Source: Eledone cirrhosa
Taxonomy: Eukaryota
Length of the DNA stretch: 64,000 nucleotides
NCBI GenBank assembly: GCA_964016885.1
Contig: OZ024760.1
Location: 29,388,001 to 29,452,000, forward strand
Direction of reading: 5' to 3'
Numbering within the stretch: the stretch's first letter is position 1; every line of letters begins with the position of its first letter. Made by a program: the position numbers and the translations under genes. Shown piece by piece: positions 1 to 12,019 of this stretch. The notes below the pieces were generated by a model that worked only from the letters and a program-made list of their open reading frames with translations, made no database searches and was not told where the DNA came from.

Positions 1-245
1 GACAAATATTTACCTTAACTCCGCCTTTTCTCCTTCCTCTCTTTGCTCTCCTTTTATCCTTGCTCTCCTTGTTCTCCTTGCTCTCCATTTCTCCTTACTC
101 TCCATTTCTCCTTACTCTCCTTTTATCCTTGCTCTCCTTTCCTCTTTGCTCTCCCTTTCACCTTGTATCTATGTACTTGTTTATATACAAATGCAATGAG
201 AAAAGGGGAGCAAGGAGAAATATAAAGCAAGGTTACTAAGGTAAG

Positions 246-286
<41 letters not shown>

Positions 287-556
287 ATATATATATATTT
301 TACTCAATACCAAATACTCATTTCTCTCAGCTGTCAACCACATACAGATATATGTATATTAGGGTGGCCCTTAGCAATAGGTAATTTTCCAAAAGTTAAA
401 TTTTTGCTGCTCCCACAGTGAAAAATAGGTGTTTGCCCTATACCTGTGCTCTGTCCCCTCTTTGCAAGTTGCCTTCCCCATTATATTTATTGTCACTTAT
501 CCTTCTAAGACCAAGAATCATTCTGAACAAGTTTTTAATTCAAGAGAAAATTACAT

Positions 557-604
557 AGCTGTACTGATGAAGGGTGATACCCAGAAACATTAGTGTCTGC
601 AGTT
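557..604 (+). ncRNA. Type I hammerhead ribozyme motif, intact core
   Basis: AGCTGTA-CTGATGA-AGGGTgatACCCA-GAAA-CATTAGTG-TC^-TGCAGTT. Stems I and II pair, stem III is near-palindromic, GUC cleavage triplet. Confidence 0.8.
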
Positions 605-789
605 CTGTTCATATGCCAACACAAGAGCAAGAATGAAGTGTTCAATCTACTGACATGGCTATAAAATTGAGGCTTGTTTGCATAATTGCAAATGAATCGA
701 ATGTTATTAATATTCGAAAAACTCAGATTATATTTATTGTATTCAGCCATGTAGAGCGAAATTTTCTTTTTTATATATATATATGTGCG

Positions 790-1135
790 TCTATGATATT
801 AACCCTTTCATTACCATATTTCTAATGAAAGACACTGTCTATGATATTAACCCTTTCATTACCATATTTCTAATGAAAGACACTGTCTATGATATTAATC
901 CTTTCATTACCATATTTCTAATGAAAGACAGTCTATGATATTAACCCTTTCATTACCATATTTCTAATGAAAGACACTGTCTTTGTCATTAACCCTTTCA
1001 TGACCATATTTTTAATGAAATACACTGTCTATGTCATTAACCATTTCATTACCATATTTCTAATGAAATACACTGTCTATGCCATTAACTCTTTCATGAC
1101 CATATTTATAATGAAAGACACTGTCTATGATATTC
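790..1135 (+). repeat. 48-bp minisatellite (~7 copies) containing a TTAA-CCCTTT MITE terminus
   Basis: Unit TCTATGATATTAACCCTTTCATTACCATATTTCTAATGAAAGACACTG; a degenerate inverse terminus GGTATGAAAAGAGTT lies near 1520-1535. Confidence 0.85.
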
Positions 1136-1662
1136 AAATAATTTTGAAAATAATCAATAATTTAGAAGGATTTAATAATATAACTAATTTTATCATTATT
1201 GAGCTGGTGTTTGGAACATAACTTAACAAATGTTCTTACATAAAATTATAATGGAGGGTTTCTAGATAAATACAAACACTTTAACAGTTTCATTACCATA
1301 TTTCGAAAACAAAAAAAAGGGCACTGCTTACATATTTCAAAATATTTTTTAATTAATCAAGAATTTAAAAAGATTTAATGATATAACATTATGGATGTTT
1401 TGAAAATAACTTAACAAAGGTTCTTACATAAACTTTTGATGGAAAGTTTTTAGACAAATATAAATACTTTTAAACAAACAGCTTAATATCCTAGAACCAG
1501 GGGTGTTCTTAAGTATTTTGGTATGAAAAGAGTTTGAGAAATATAAGTTGTTTTCCATGACTCATTAATCATGTTTTGTTAACACATAATTAATATAATT
1601 AAGCACTAAACAATCCTGTCACATTTATCACCAATTACATGTTGTTTAATTGTATGTAGAGA

Positions 1663-2270
1663 TGTTTTACTGAGGTCCCTGTTTTACTGAGGTCCCTGTT
1701 CTACTGAGGTCCCGGTTCTACTGAGGTCTCTGTTCTACTGAGGTCCCTGTTTTACAGAGGTCATCCCTGTTTTACTGAGGTCCCTGTTTTACTGAGGTCC
1801 CTGTTCTACTGACCTCCCTGTTCTACTGAGGTCCCTGATTTACTGAGGTCCTCCTTGTTTTACTGAGGTCCTCCCTGTTTTACTGAGCTCCCTGTTCTAC
1901 TGAGCTTCCCTGTTCTACTGACCTCCCTGTTCTACCGACCTCCCTGTTTTACTGACCTCCCTGTTTTACTGACCTCCCTGTTTTACTGACCTCCCTGTTC
2001 TACTGAGCTCCCTGTTTTACTGAGCTCCCTGTTCTACTGAGCTTCCCTGTTCTACTGACCTCCCTGTTTTACTGACCTCCCTGTTCTACTGAGCTTCCCT
2101 GTTTTACTGAGCTCCCTGTTCTACTGAGCTTCCCTGTTCTGCTGACCTCCCTGTTCTACTGACCTCCCTGTTCTGCTGACCTCCCTGTTTTACTGAGCTC
2201 CCTGTTCTACTGACCTCCCTGTTCTGCTGACCTCCCTGTTTTACTGAGCTCCCTGTTCTACTGAGCTCCC
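1663..2270. repeat. ~17-bp minisatellite
   Basis: Unit TGTTTTACTGAGGTCCC and variants. Confidence 0.9.
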
Positions 2271-2869
2271 TTGGAGTATGAAAGGAGGTAAAGTTATCCA
2301 AAAAGGGTTTTGAAGTTAGAGAGAGCCAGAACCAATACTCAGCAGTGTATTTTGTTTCACGACCTAACCCTAACCTACCCTACCCTAACCTAACCCTAAC
2401 CCCCCCTGCCAATTTATCACCTTCTATATATATCTTGAGAAGTAGGCGCCATTGAACCTAGCACTGATTCTTGATGAATATTGGAACTGAGCGAACACCT
2501 AGGGAAACCTTCACGCTGGGGATTGTCTACAGATGTTTAATACAGAACATTCACCATTAAAATACCATTTCACTTATTGTATGATGGGCAGAGAGGGGGG
2601 GGAGAAAGAAGAGAAAGAGAAGGAGGTAGGGAGAGAGAGAGAAAGTTAGACACTAACTGAATGTGAAGAGAGAAAAATGTAGAAATATATATATTGAGAG
2701 AGAGAGATAAGGGGGAGGGAGAGAGAAAGAGAGAGATGAGATGAGTGAAAGAGAGAGATGAGAGAAAGAGAGAGATATGAGAGAGAGTGATGAGGGAGAA
2801 CAAAGAAGGAATATGAAAATTAGATAAATAAATAAAATTCCAAAGAAAGAAATAAAGAAAAACTGTGGA

Positions 2870-3480
2870 TTAGTAGTTTTAATTAGTAGTGTTGCTAGTG
2901 GAGTCTTAATTAGTATTGTCGCTAGTGGAGTCTTAATTAGTAGTGTTGCTAGTGGAGTCTTAATTAGTAGTGTTGCTAGTGGAGTCTTAATTAGTAGTGT
3001 TGCTAGTGGAGTCTTAATTAGTATTGTCTCTAGTGGCGTCTATATTAGTATTGTCTCTAGTATAGTCTTAATTAGTATTGAATCTAGTGGAGTCTTAATT
3101 AGTATTGTTGATAATGGAGTCTTAATTAGTATTGTCTCTAGTGGAGTCTTAATTAGTATTGTCTCTAGTGGAGTCTTAATTAGCATTGTCTCTAGTGGAA
3201 TCTTAATTAGAATTGAATCTAGTGGAGTCTTAATTAGTATTGTTGCTAATGGAATCTTAATTAGTATTGTCTCTAGTGGAGTCTTAATTAGTATTGTCTC
3301 TAGTGGAGTCTTAATTAGTATTGTTGCTAATGGAATCTTAATTAGTATTGTCTCTAGTGGAGTCTTAATTAGTATTGTCTCTAGTGGAGTCTATATTAGT
3401 ATTGTCACTAGTGGAATCTTAATTAGTATTGTTGCTAATGGAGTCTTAATTAGTATTGTCTCTAGTGGAGTCTTAATTAA
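2870..3480. repeat. 27-bp minisatellite
   Basis: Unit TTAATTAGTATTGTCTCTAGTGGAGTC. Confidence 0.9.
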
Positions 3481-3549
3481 CGATGTTTCCTAATCAGGCT
3501 TCTTTTGCCACACATACTCAAATATCTTCTTGTACACTATCTATCTGTC

Positions 3550-3790
3550 TATATAGAATAATGTAAATGTTACATGAGGTAAAGCCTTTACTGTGAAAAT
3601 ACAATAGTATATTACAATAGTATATATATAGAGTAATGTAAATGTTATGTGAGATATGTGAGGTAAAGCCTTTACTGTGAAAATACAATAGTATATATAT
3701 AGAGTAATGTAAATGTTTTTTGAGATATTATGTGAGGTAAAGTCTTTATTGTGAAAATACAATAGTATAATGTAAATGCTAAAAGATTAA
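3550..3790 (-). repeat. Short degenerate array of the 72-bp MITE-derived satellite, with MITE terminus
   Basis: Reverse complement of the 13.7 kb/55.2 kb unit; ends TGTAAATGCTAAAAGATTAA, an inverse of the TIR. Confidence 0.75.
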
Positions 3791-3859
3791 ACAATTAAAT
3801 TTGGTAATTTGAACTAATGATTTTTAATGTTTGTGTGTTTTTTTATATTTTCTTTGCAG

Positions 3860-4056
3860 AAAAGCTTCAAAACAAATATATCGATTTAACAGGAGAAATA
3901 TTCCTTGTGGATTTGAACCGAGGCAACAATGGTTTAGGTATTAGTCTAGCAGGCAATAAGGACCGAAGTACAATGAGTGTTTATGTTGCTGGTGTCCAGC
4001 CTGGAAGTGCTGCCTTCAACGATGGACGAATACGTGTCGGAGATGAGCTCTTAGAG
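3860..4056 (+). CDS. MPDZ: Internal exon of a multi-PDZ scaffold protein (MPDZ/MUPP1-PATJ family), N-terminal two thirds of a PDZ domain
   Basis: Acceptor tttctttgcag at 3849-3859 and donor GAG|gtgagt. Translation KLQNKYIDLTGEIFLVDLNRGNNGLGISLAGNKDRSTMSVYVAGVQPGSAAFNDGRIRVGDELLE has the GLGI carboxylate loop and the SLAGNKDRS motif I recall from vertebrate MPDZ PDZ8/PATJ PDZ7. Confidence 0.9.
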
Positions 4057-4389
4057 GTGAGTGACTTGTGATTTATCCTGGGATTTGTGTTCTCTTTATT
4101 CACAAGACTTTCAGTAGTCTTTCTATCGATGTCTTTATCTAGATTTGTCTGTCTGTCCAGCTGTCTGTCCATTTATCTAGATAGTTAACCCTCTCTCTCT
4201 ATCTGTCTGTCCAGCTGCCTGTTTGTCCATCAATCTAGTGAGTTAGCTATCTATCTATCTATTTATCCAACTGTTCTATATGATTTTATTGGCAACATAA
4301 CCCTCCCAAAGTATAATAATATTTGTTTCATCACATGATTTCACATCAAAAATCTAGCAAAACAAATTCCAGAATGAAATATATGTGTG

Positions 4390-5415
4390 TCTGTAAAGTG
4401 GCCATGTAGGTGTCACGACAAGAAGCACCCAGTCCACACTGTAAAGTGGACATGTAGGTGTCACAACAAAAGGCACCCAGTCCACACTGTAACGTGGACA
4501 TGTAGGTGTCACGACAAAAGGCACCCAGTTACACTGTAAAGTGGACATGTAGGTGTCATGACAAAAAGCACCCAGTCCACACTGTAAAGTGGTCATGTAG
4601 GTGTCACGACAAAAAGCACCCAGTTCACACTGTAAAGTGGTCATGTAGGTGTCACGACAAGAAGCACCCAGTCCACACTGTAACGTGGACATGTAGGTGT
4701 CACGACAAAAAGCACCCAGTTACACTGTAAAGTGGACATGTAGGTGTCACGACAAAAAGCACCCAGTCCACACTGTAAAGTGGTCGTGTAGGTGTCACGA
4801 CAAAAAGCACCCAGTCCACATTGTAAAGTGGACATGTAGGTGTCATGACAAAAAGCACCCAGTCCTCTCTGTAAAGTGGTTGTGTAGGTGTCACGACAAA
4901 AAGCACCCAGTCCACACTGTAAAGTGGTCGTGTAGGTGTCATGACAAAAAGCACCCAGTCCACACTGTAAAGTGGACATGTAGGTGTCACGACAAAAAGC
5001 ACCCAGTCCACATTGTAAAGTGGTCATGTAGGTGTCACGACAAAAAGCACCCAGTCCACACTGTAAAGTGGACATGTAGGTGTCACGACAAAAAGCACCC
5101 AGTCCACATTGTAAAGTGGTCATGTAGGTGTCATGACAAAAAGCACCCAGTCCTCTCTGTAAAGTGGTTGTGTAGGTGTCACGACAAAAAGCACCCAGTT
5201 ACACTGTAAAGTGGACATGTAGGTGTCACAACAAAAAGCACCCAGTCCTCTCTGTAAAGTGGTTGACATTAGGAAGAGCATCCAGCTGTAGAAACCAAGC
5301 CAGAAACAGTTCTGTTTGAGCAAGTCACAGTCATCTGACCCAACTTGCCTCAAATGGGACAACCCGTCTAACCCATGCTAGCATGGAAAAATGGCGTTAG
5401 ACGATGATGATGATA
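4390..5415 (+). repeat. 48-bp minisatellite expanded from an RTE/SINE 3' region, followed by the element 3' end with (GAT)n tail
   Basis: Unit GTAGGTGTCACGACAAAAAGCACCCAGTCCACACTGTAAAGTGGACAT, then AGGAAGAGCATCCAGCTGTAGAAA ... CCCATGCTAGCATGGAAAA ... GATGATGAT. Confidence 0.85.
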
Positions 5416-5508
5416 TACATATATATATTCAAATAAAAGGTAGTTAGATACTCATATTAATACCTTGTAATCAATAAACTCTAAGTATAAATACTGACCA
5501 TTTTATAA

Positions 5509-5772
5509 TATATGTAGAAATAAACACAGTAAATTGTGTGATTAAAATTACAAGGGCTGAAAGAGCACGTTGGTTTGACGAAAACTATGTAACAAACAGA
5601 AAATACAAGATAAAAGGTACTATCAGTTTCAATAACTATTAATCTCCTGGACAGATTAGAGATTTAACCTGTTTCCATTTGTTACATAGTTTATATTCGT
5701 CAAACCAACGTGGTCTTTAAGCCCTTGTAATTTTAAACACACAATTTACTGTGTTTATTTCTACATATATAT
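5509..5772. repeat. Fold-back (inverted repeat) element flanked by TA repeats
   Basis: Arm TGTAGAAATAAACACAGTAAATTGTGTG...TGACGAAAACTATGTAACAAA is mirrored by TTTGTTACATAGTTT...CACACAATTTACTGTGTTTATTTCTACA. Confidence 0.8.
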
Positions 5773-6117
5773 GGAGGCGCATGGCTTAGTGGTTAGAGCA
5801 TTGGCCTTGCAATCGAAAGGTTGTGAGTTCAATTCTCAGACAGGTGATGTGTTGTTTCCTTGAGCAAGACACTTTATTTCACATTGCTCCAGTTTACTCA
5901 GCTGTAGAAATGAGATGATAGGACTGGGATCCCTATCATTCCACTGTAAAGTGGTCTTGGAGGTGCCACGGCATAAAAGCACCCAGCCCACACTGTAAAT
6001 GAGGTTGGTGTTAGGAAGGGCATCCAGCTGTAGAAATCGAGCCAGAATCAGTTCCCGTCCCACCCTTGCAAGCAGGGAAATGCGGACGTAAAATGAAATG
6101 ATGAAATGATGATGATG
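5773..6117 (+). mobile_element. tRNA-derived CORE-like SINE with RTE-type 3' end
   Basis: A box TGGCTTAGTGG, B box GAGTTCAATTC, CORE-like CCTTGAGCAAGACACTT...GCTGTAGAAATGAG, 3' tail shared with the RTE copies, (GAT)n end. Confidence 0.8.
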
Positions 6118-6122
6118 AAATT

Positions 6123-6230
6123 GTTTTCCGAAGATCCGATCGAGCTAACATCGTATTTAAACATTGAGTGGCACTGCTTCTAGTGTTCAGCAATTTTTAG
6201 ACAACTTTATCAGTGAAACAATTGTTAGAC
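6123..6230 (+). ncRNA. Degenerate hammerhead motif (CCGAAGA core), long-stem-II CAATTG family
   Basis: CCGAAGA...80 nt...GAAA-CAATTG-TT-AGAC. Downstream flank is homologous to the copies at 28129 and 59742. Stem I is weak. Confidence 0.5.
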
Positions 6231-6852
6231 TGTAAATAAATCCCCTTTTTTGTACTGTTGACCATGTTATTCTCCACTTTTTCAATTTTATTACTCCAAG
6301 ATAAAAACTTACATAGGAATACAAGTGAAATCATAAACTCGCCACCTACGTAAACCTCTTGTTTAGTCAAGCAACGCCATATGCTAAAACTATCCATAAT
6401 AAGAAGTATTCACAACCTCTAACTGGATAACCTCTAACGATATTTTGTTATCCCTTATATATATATATAACAAAAGTAACGAAGATCACTGGTATAAATA
6501 CAACGTCGTTCGGCCATCGTCTATCTCACGCAATGAATCTGGCAGCTGCAGTCTACTGTTCAGAGTGGCACACATTTAGTTGGCTGTGTATAGATTGGTG
6601 TAAATATCTCCTCTCTCTCTCTCTCATATATATCATCATCATCATCATCATCAATTAACGTCTATCTTCCATGCTAATGGGTTAGACAGGTTTGTCCCAT
6701 TTAGAGGGCAGTTGGGTCGGGTGACCGTGTCTCGCTCATATAGGAGAGATTCTGGCTTGATTTCTACAGCTGGATGCCCTTCCTAATGCCAACCTCATTT
6801 ACAGTGAGTGCTGGGTGCTTTTTTGCCGTGGCACCTACACGATATATATATA

Positions 6853-7245
6853 TCATCATCATCATCACCGTTTTACATCCGTTCTTCCACACTGGCATGG
6901 GTTAGACGGGTTGTCCTGTTGTGGGCAGTGTCCGGTCAGCTGACCTTGTCTTGCTCATACGGGAACTGATTCTGGCTTGATTTCTACAGCTGGATGCCCT
7001 TCCTAAGACCAACCTCATTTACAGTGAGTGCTGGGTGCTTTGTTGCCGTGGTACCTCCACGACCACTTTGCAGTGGAATGATAAGGACCCCAGTCCCTAT
7101 CATCTCATTTCTACAGCTGAGTAAACTGGAGCAATGTGAAATAAAGTGTCTTGCTCAAGGAAACAACACATCACCCGGTCTGAGAATTGAACTAACAACC
7201 TTTCGATTGCAAGCCCAATGCTCTAACCACTAAGCCATGCGCCTT
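6853..7245 (-). mobile_element. CORE-like SINE copy, inverted relative to 5773-6117
   Basis: Reverse complement of the same head and core; (ATC)n tail at the left end. Confidence 0.8.
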
Positions 7246-7313
7246 CACACACACACACACACACACATATAGATAGTCCTATACGAGCGAGACACGGTCA
7301 CCCGACCAACCTT

Positions 7314-7640
7314 GCCTCAAGTGGGACAACTCCCGTCTAACCCATGCTAGCGTGGAAGATGGACGTTAAACGAAGATGATGATGATGATGCTGCTATATA
7401 TACAGAGAGAGAGAGAGTGTGTGGGCCTCAAGTTGGACAACTCCCGTCTAACCCATGCTAGCGTGGAAGATGGACGTTAAACGAAGATGATGATGATGCT
7501 GCTATATATACAGAGAGAGAGAGAGCGTGTGGGCCTCAAGTGGGACAACTCTCGTCTAACCCATGCTAGCGTGGAAGATGGACGTTAAACGAAGATGATG
7601 ATGATGCTGCTATATATACAGAGAGAGAGAGAGTGTGTGG
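7314..7640 (+). repeat. Triplicated ~108-bp SINE/LINE 3' end including its flanking microsatellite
   Basis: GCCTCAAGTGGGACAACTCCCGTCTAACCCATGCTAGCGTGGAAG...GATGATGCTGCTATATATACAGAGAG x3. Confidence 0.85.
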
Positions 7641-7877
7641 GGGGTGTACAAGTGAGAGACTGGCTGCAGTATAGTTATTAGAACTTACACACTAGGACAT
7701 TGTGTCAGTGGCTACAAGTTTGTGGGAATCTGTGAGATGCCAATGACAGACTATATTATAAAGTAAACTGTTTCTCACTGATAAAAGCCGACAGGATTAA
7801 AATTCTTTTGATGCCAGCCACAACATGTAGCTTTTACTTGTATTTCAAATAGAGTTTTCACTAAATTTGGGAATATA

Positions 7878-9082
7878 CATGTATGTGTCTGTATATGAGA
7901 GTCTATGTATTTATGTATATGTGTGTATGTGTGTATGTGTGTGTATATGAGAGGCAGTGTATATATGTGTATGTGTCTGTATTTGAGAGGCTGTGTATTT
8001 ATGTATATATGTGTATGTGATTGTATATGAGAGTCTGTGTATTTATGTATATATGTGTATGTATATGATATGATAGGCTGTGTATTTATGTATATACATG
8101 TATGTGTCTGTATATGAGAGTCTATGTATTTATGTATATGTGTGTATGTGTCTGTATATGAGAGGCAGTGTATATATGTATGTGTCTGTATATGAGAGGC
8201 TGTGTATTTATGTGTATGTGTGTATGTGTCTGTATATGAGAGGCAGTGTATATATGTGTATGTGTCTGTATATGAGAGGCTGTGTATTTATGTATATATG
8301 TATATGTGTGTGTCTATATGAGAGTCTATGTATTTATGTATATGTGTGTATGTGTCTGTATGTGAGAGGCAGTGTATACATGTGTATGTGTCTGTATATG
8401 AGAGGCAGTGTATATATGTGTATGTGTCTGTATATGAGAGTCTATGTATATGTGTGTATGTGACTGTATGTGAGAGGCAGTGTATATATGTGTATGTGTC
8501 TGTATATGAGAGGCTGTGTATTTATGTGTATATATGTGTATGTGTCTGTATGTGAGAGGTAGTGTATATATGTGTATGTGTCTGTATATGAGAGGCTGTG
8601 TATTTATGTGTATATATGTGTACGTGTCTGTATATGAGAGGCAGTGTATATATGTGTATGTGTCTGTATATGAGAGGCTGTGTATTTATGTATATATGTG
8701 TATGTGTGTGTATATGAGAGGCTGTGTATTTATGTATATATGTGTATGTGTGTGTATATGAGAGGCAGTGTAGTTATGTATATATGTCTGTGTGTATGTG
8801 TATATGTGTGTGTGTGTATGTATATGTGTGTGTGTGTGTGTATGTGTGCGTGTGTGTATATGTGTCTGTGTGTATGTGTGTGTATATGAGAGGCAGTGTA
8901 TATATGTGTAAGTGTGTATGCGTCTGTATATGAGAGGCTGTGTATTTATGTATATTGTATGTGTGTATGTGTGTATTTATGTATATTGTATGTGTGTGTG
9001 TGTATGTATATGTGTGTGTGTGTGTATGTATATGTATGTGTGTGTATGTATATGTATGTGTGTGTGTGAGTGTATGTGTATT
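7878..9082. repeat. Compound (TG/TA) minisatellite with GAGAGGC anchors
   Basis: Recurrent GTATATGAGAGGCAGTGTATATATGTGTATGTGTCT; source of the spurious CVYM ORFs. Confidence 0.9.
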
Positions 9083-9245
9083 TGCATTATAACATGTTAT
9101 TCGCGCAAAGTGAATATTTAATAATATTTTTTCAAGAAGCATTAAAGGGAATTCGCGTACTTCAAGTTCGCGTAAAAAGTGAACAGCCTGTATATATATG
9201 TGTATATATATATATAGTTATGTGATAAACAACATAAGGCAATTA

Positions 9246-9306
9246 TTTCATTTACCACTGGTTTCTTAAAAGCAAACAAATTTTGCTTTCAATCATCAGA
9301 ATGAAA
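9246..9306 (-). ncRNA. Type I hammerhead ribozyme motif, intact (left arm of fold-back)
   Basis: Minus strand TTTCATT-CTGATGA-TTGAAAGCAAA atttg TTTGCTTTTAA-GAAA-CCAGTGG-TA^-AATGAAA. Confidence 0.8.
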
Positions 9307-9370
9307 AAATCCTGGTGTATTTATTGGCATTGGTTTTTAAAATCCAAAGTCAATAAATACACCAGGATTT

Positions 9371-9431
9371 TTTCATTCTGATGATTGAAAGCAAAATTTG
9401 TTTGTTTTTAAGAAACCAGTGGTAAATGAAA
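9371..9431 (+). ncRNA. Type I hammerhead ribozyme motif, intact (right arm of fold-back)
   Basis: TTTCATT-CTGATGA-stem II-GAAA-CCAGTGG-TA^-AATGAAA, with a perfect 7-bp stem I. Confidence 0.8.
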
Positions 9432-9532
9432 TGATTGCCTTATGTTGTTTATCACATAACTATTAAGCTCTGTTACCTACATAGAGCACTCTTTTTTCCT
9501 GGACCTTTCCAACGGAATTAATTCATTCATAC

Positions 9533-9565
<33 letters not shown>

Positions 9566-9706
9566 TAGAGAATTAGTATATCTACCAACATATGCGTACA
9601 TATGTACACTAATGCTAGCAAATACATAAGTTATGTCATAGTACCTAGGTGGTTCAATGCAAGGGGATGCAGAACAATTATATGAAAGACGTTCTTATTT
9701 TCCGTC

Positions 9707-9744
<38 letters not shown>

Positions 9745-10305
9745 TCATCATCATCATCATTTTACCTCTGCTTTTCCCTGCTTGCAAGGGTGGGACGGGT
9801 CCTATTCAGCACAGTCATAGCAAAACAGGATTTGAAGTCAAAGCACAAAGAGCTGGACAAAATACTGCAGAGGAATGCCTCAAATTGTCTGTCTAAAGAA
9901 ACGTGTCTTGAGCCCGGGGGTTCATAAGGCCGGTGTTTATCCTGGTTTTGGTGGCGTGAAGCGACTGAGAGTAGCAGACTTGCCCCTGGATAGGATGTCA
10001 GTCCATCACAGGGTTAAAGTCTGTCTCAGCCCTAGTGACACATCAGGTTGCTGCTTATCCCAGTTTCCATGGTGTGAATTGACTGAGAGTACAAGACTCT
10101 CCCTTGAACTCAGAATACTGACAGCTGGAACAAATACCACAAGGTACTTTCCCTAACACGCTAATGACTCAATCTCTTCACTTCCTTGGGCTGGTTTTAT
10201 TGACCTTGAAAGGGTAAAAGGCAGAGTTGACCTCTGTGAGATTTGAACTCTGAGTACAGATAGCTAAAACTAATACCACAAGGTACTTTGTCCAATATTC
10301 TAATC

Positions 10306-11182
10306 CAGGCATGGGCAACCTTTTTCGAGAAGCAGGCCGCATGAGATATGGCTCATCATCAGGAGGGCCACATGAGATAATGCTCATCATCAGGAGGGCT
10401 GCAAGCGCTAATTTACATCGTGCCCACATTAAAAACAAGGGCGGTAACTCAGGTTGTTTTGATTTGTTTCTTCAGAATTCGTACATGTTGTTTGCCTTGA
10501 TCGTAAAAATGATAGAAAGATAAATTATGACTGAAAAGTTGGGGTAAAAAGAATCAGAAAGATTTCACTTGGGTGAGTTGGGTGAGCCATTGAGAAAGAT
10601 TTCACTTGGGTGACTTGGGGGAGCCATTGAGAAAGATTTCACTTGGGTGACTTGGGGGAGCCATTGAGAAAGATTTCACTTGGGTGACTTAGGCGAGCCA
10701 TTGAGAAAGATTTCACTTGGGTGACTTAGGCGAGCCATTGAGAAAGATTTCACTTGGGTGACTTAGGCGAGCCATTGAGAAAGATTTCACTTGGGTGACT
10801 TGGGTGAGCCATTGAGAAAGATTTCACTTGGGTGACTTAGGCGAGCCATTGAGAAAGATTTCACTTGGGTGACTTGGGTGAGCCATTGAGAAAGATTTCA
10901 CTTGGGTGACTTGGGTGAGCCATTGAGAAAGATTTCACTTGGGTGACTTGGGTGAGCCATTGAGAAAGATTTCACTTGGGTGACTTGGGTGAGCCATTGA
11001 GAAAGATTTCACTTGGGTGACTTAGTAGAGCCATTGAGAAAGATTTCACTTGGGTGACTTAGTAGAGCCATTGAGAAAGATTTCACTTGGGTGACTTAGT
11101 AGAGCCATTGAGAAAGATTTCACTTGGGTGACTTGGGTGAGCCATTGAGAAAGCTTCACAGACCGTAGGTTGCCCATGACTG
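10306..11182. mobile_element. hAT-like MITE carrying an internal 37-bp tandem array
   Basis: TIRs CAGGCATGGGCAACC / GGTTGCCCATGACTG. Array GAGAAAGATTTCACTTGGGTGACTTGGGTGAGCCATT at ~10555-11152. Inserted into a minus-strand SINE; the 8-bp TSD is degenerate. Confidence 0.75.
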
Positions 11183-11499
11183 GACTAGCCACTCCACCAA
11201 TTCACCACCTTTGATTTGCTATAGATTTCTGGAAGATAGTCAAATATGTGAATCTAACACTCCTATCAAGATTCTAATTAATGAGAGATGTCAATCATAA
11301 TTTTTTTAACGAGTTGTTTGTATTAAGTTGGAAAGTTTTTTGGATTTTCTTTTAGTTTTTTTTTTTAGTTAATTTTAAACTAGTTTCACACAACCAAAAT
11401 ATTTGCCAGGCTTCTAACTCACATTCTGACATATCTTCCAAATTACCAATATTTCATTAGTTTCATTGGTGTTGTTGTTGTTGTTGTTTGTTAACTGCA

Positions 11500-11930
11500 G
11501 TCATCATCATCATCACCATCACCACCATCATCATCATCATCACCACCATCATCATCATCATCATCATCAGCATCATCACAATCATCATTATCACCATCAT
11601 CACCACCATCACCATTATCATCATCACAATCATCATCACCACCATCACCACCACCATCATCACCACCAACATCATCACCACCACCAACACCATCACCACC
11701 GTCACCATCACCACCACCAACATCATCATCACCACCATCACCATTATCACCATCACCACCAAACCACCACCACCATCACCACCACCAACATCACCATCAC
11801 CACCATCACCACCACCAACATCACCATCACCACCACCACCATCACCACCATCACCATCACCACCATCATCATCACCACCATCACCACCACCAACATCACC
11901 ATCACCACCACCACCACCACTGCCATCATA
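11500..11930. repeat. (CAT/CAC)n trinucleotide microsatellite
   Basis: Direct reading. Confidence 0.95.
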
Positions 11931-12019
11931 ATTAAATCAACATAAACGTTTAACATTAGTTGATTTTGTTTTTTTTGTTTTTTGAGGGGTTTTTTTGTTG
12001 TTGCAGCTTTTTTTTTGGA

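Noticed and set aside
2363-2402. Interstitial telomere (CCCTAA)n
   Set aside because: Only a few degenerate units; likely part of a dispersed repeat.
5555-5730. Hammerhead in the 5.5-kb fold-back
   Set aside because: Only CAAA-CCAACGTGG-TC resembles a 3' half; no CUGANGA with matching stems.
5773-5845. tRNA gene
   Set aside because: A/B boxes belong to a SINE head followed by CORE-like and LINE-derived sequence; the acceptor stem does not close.
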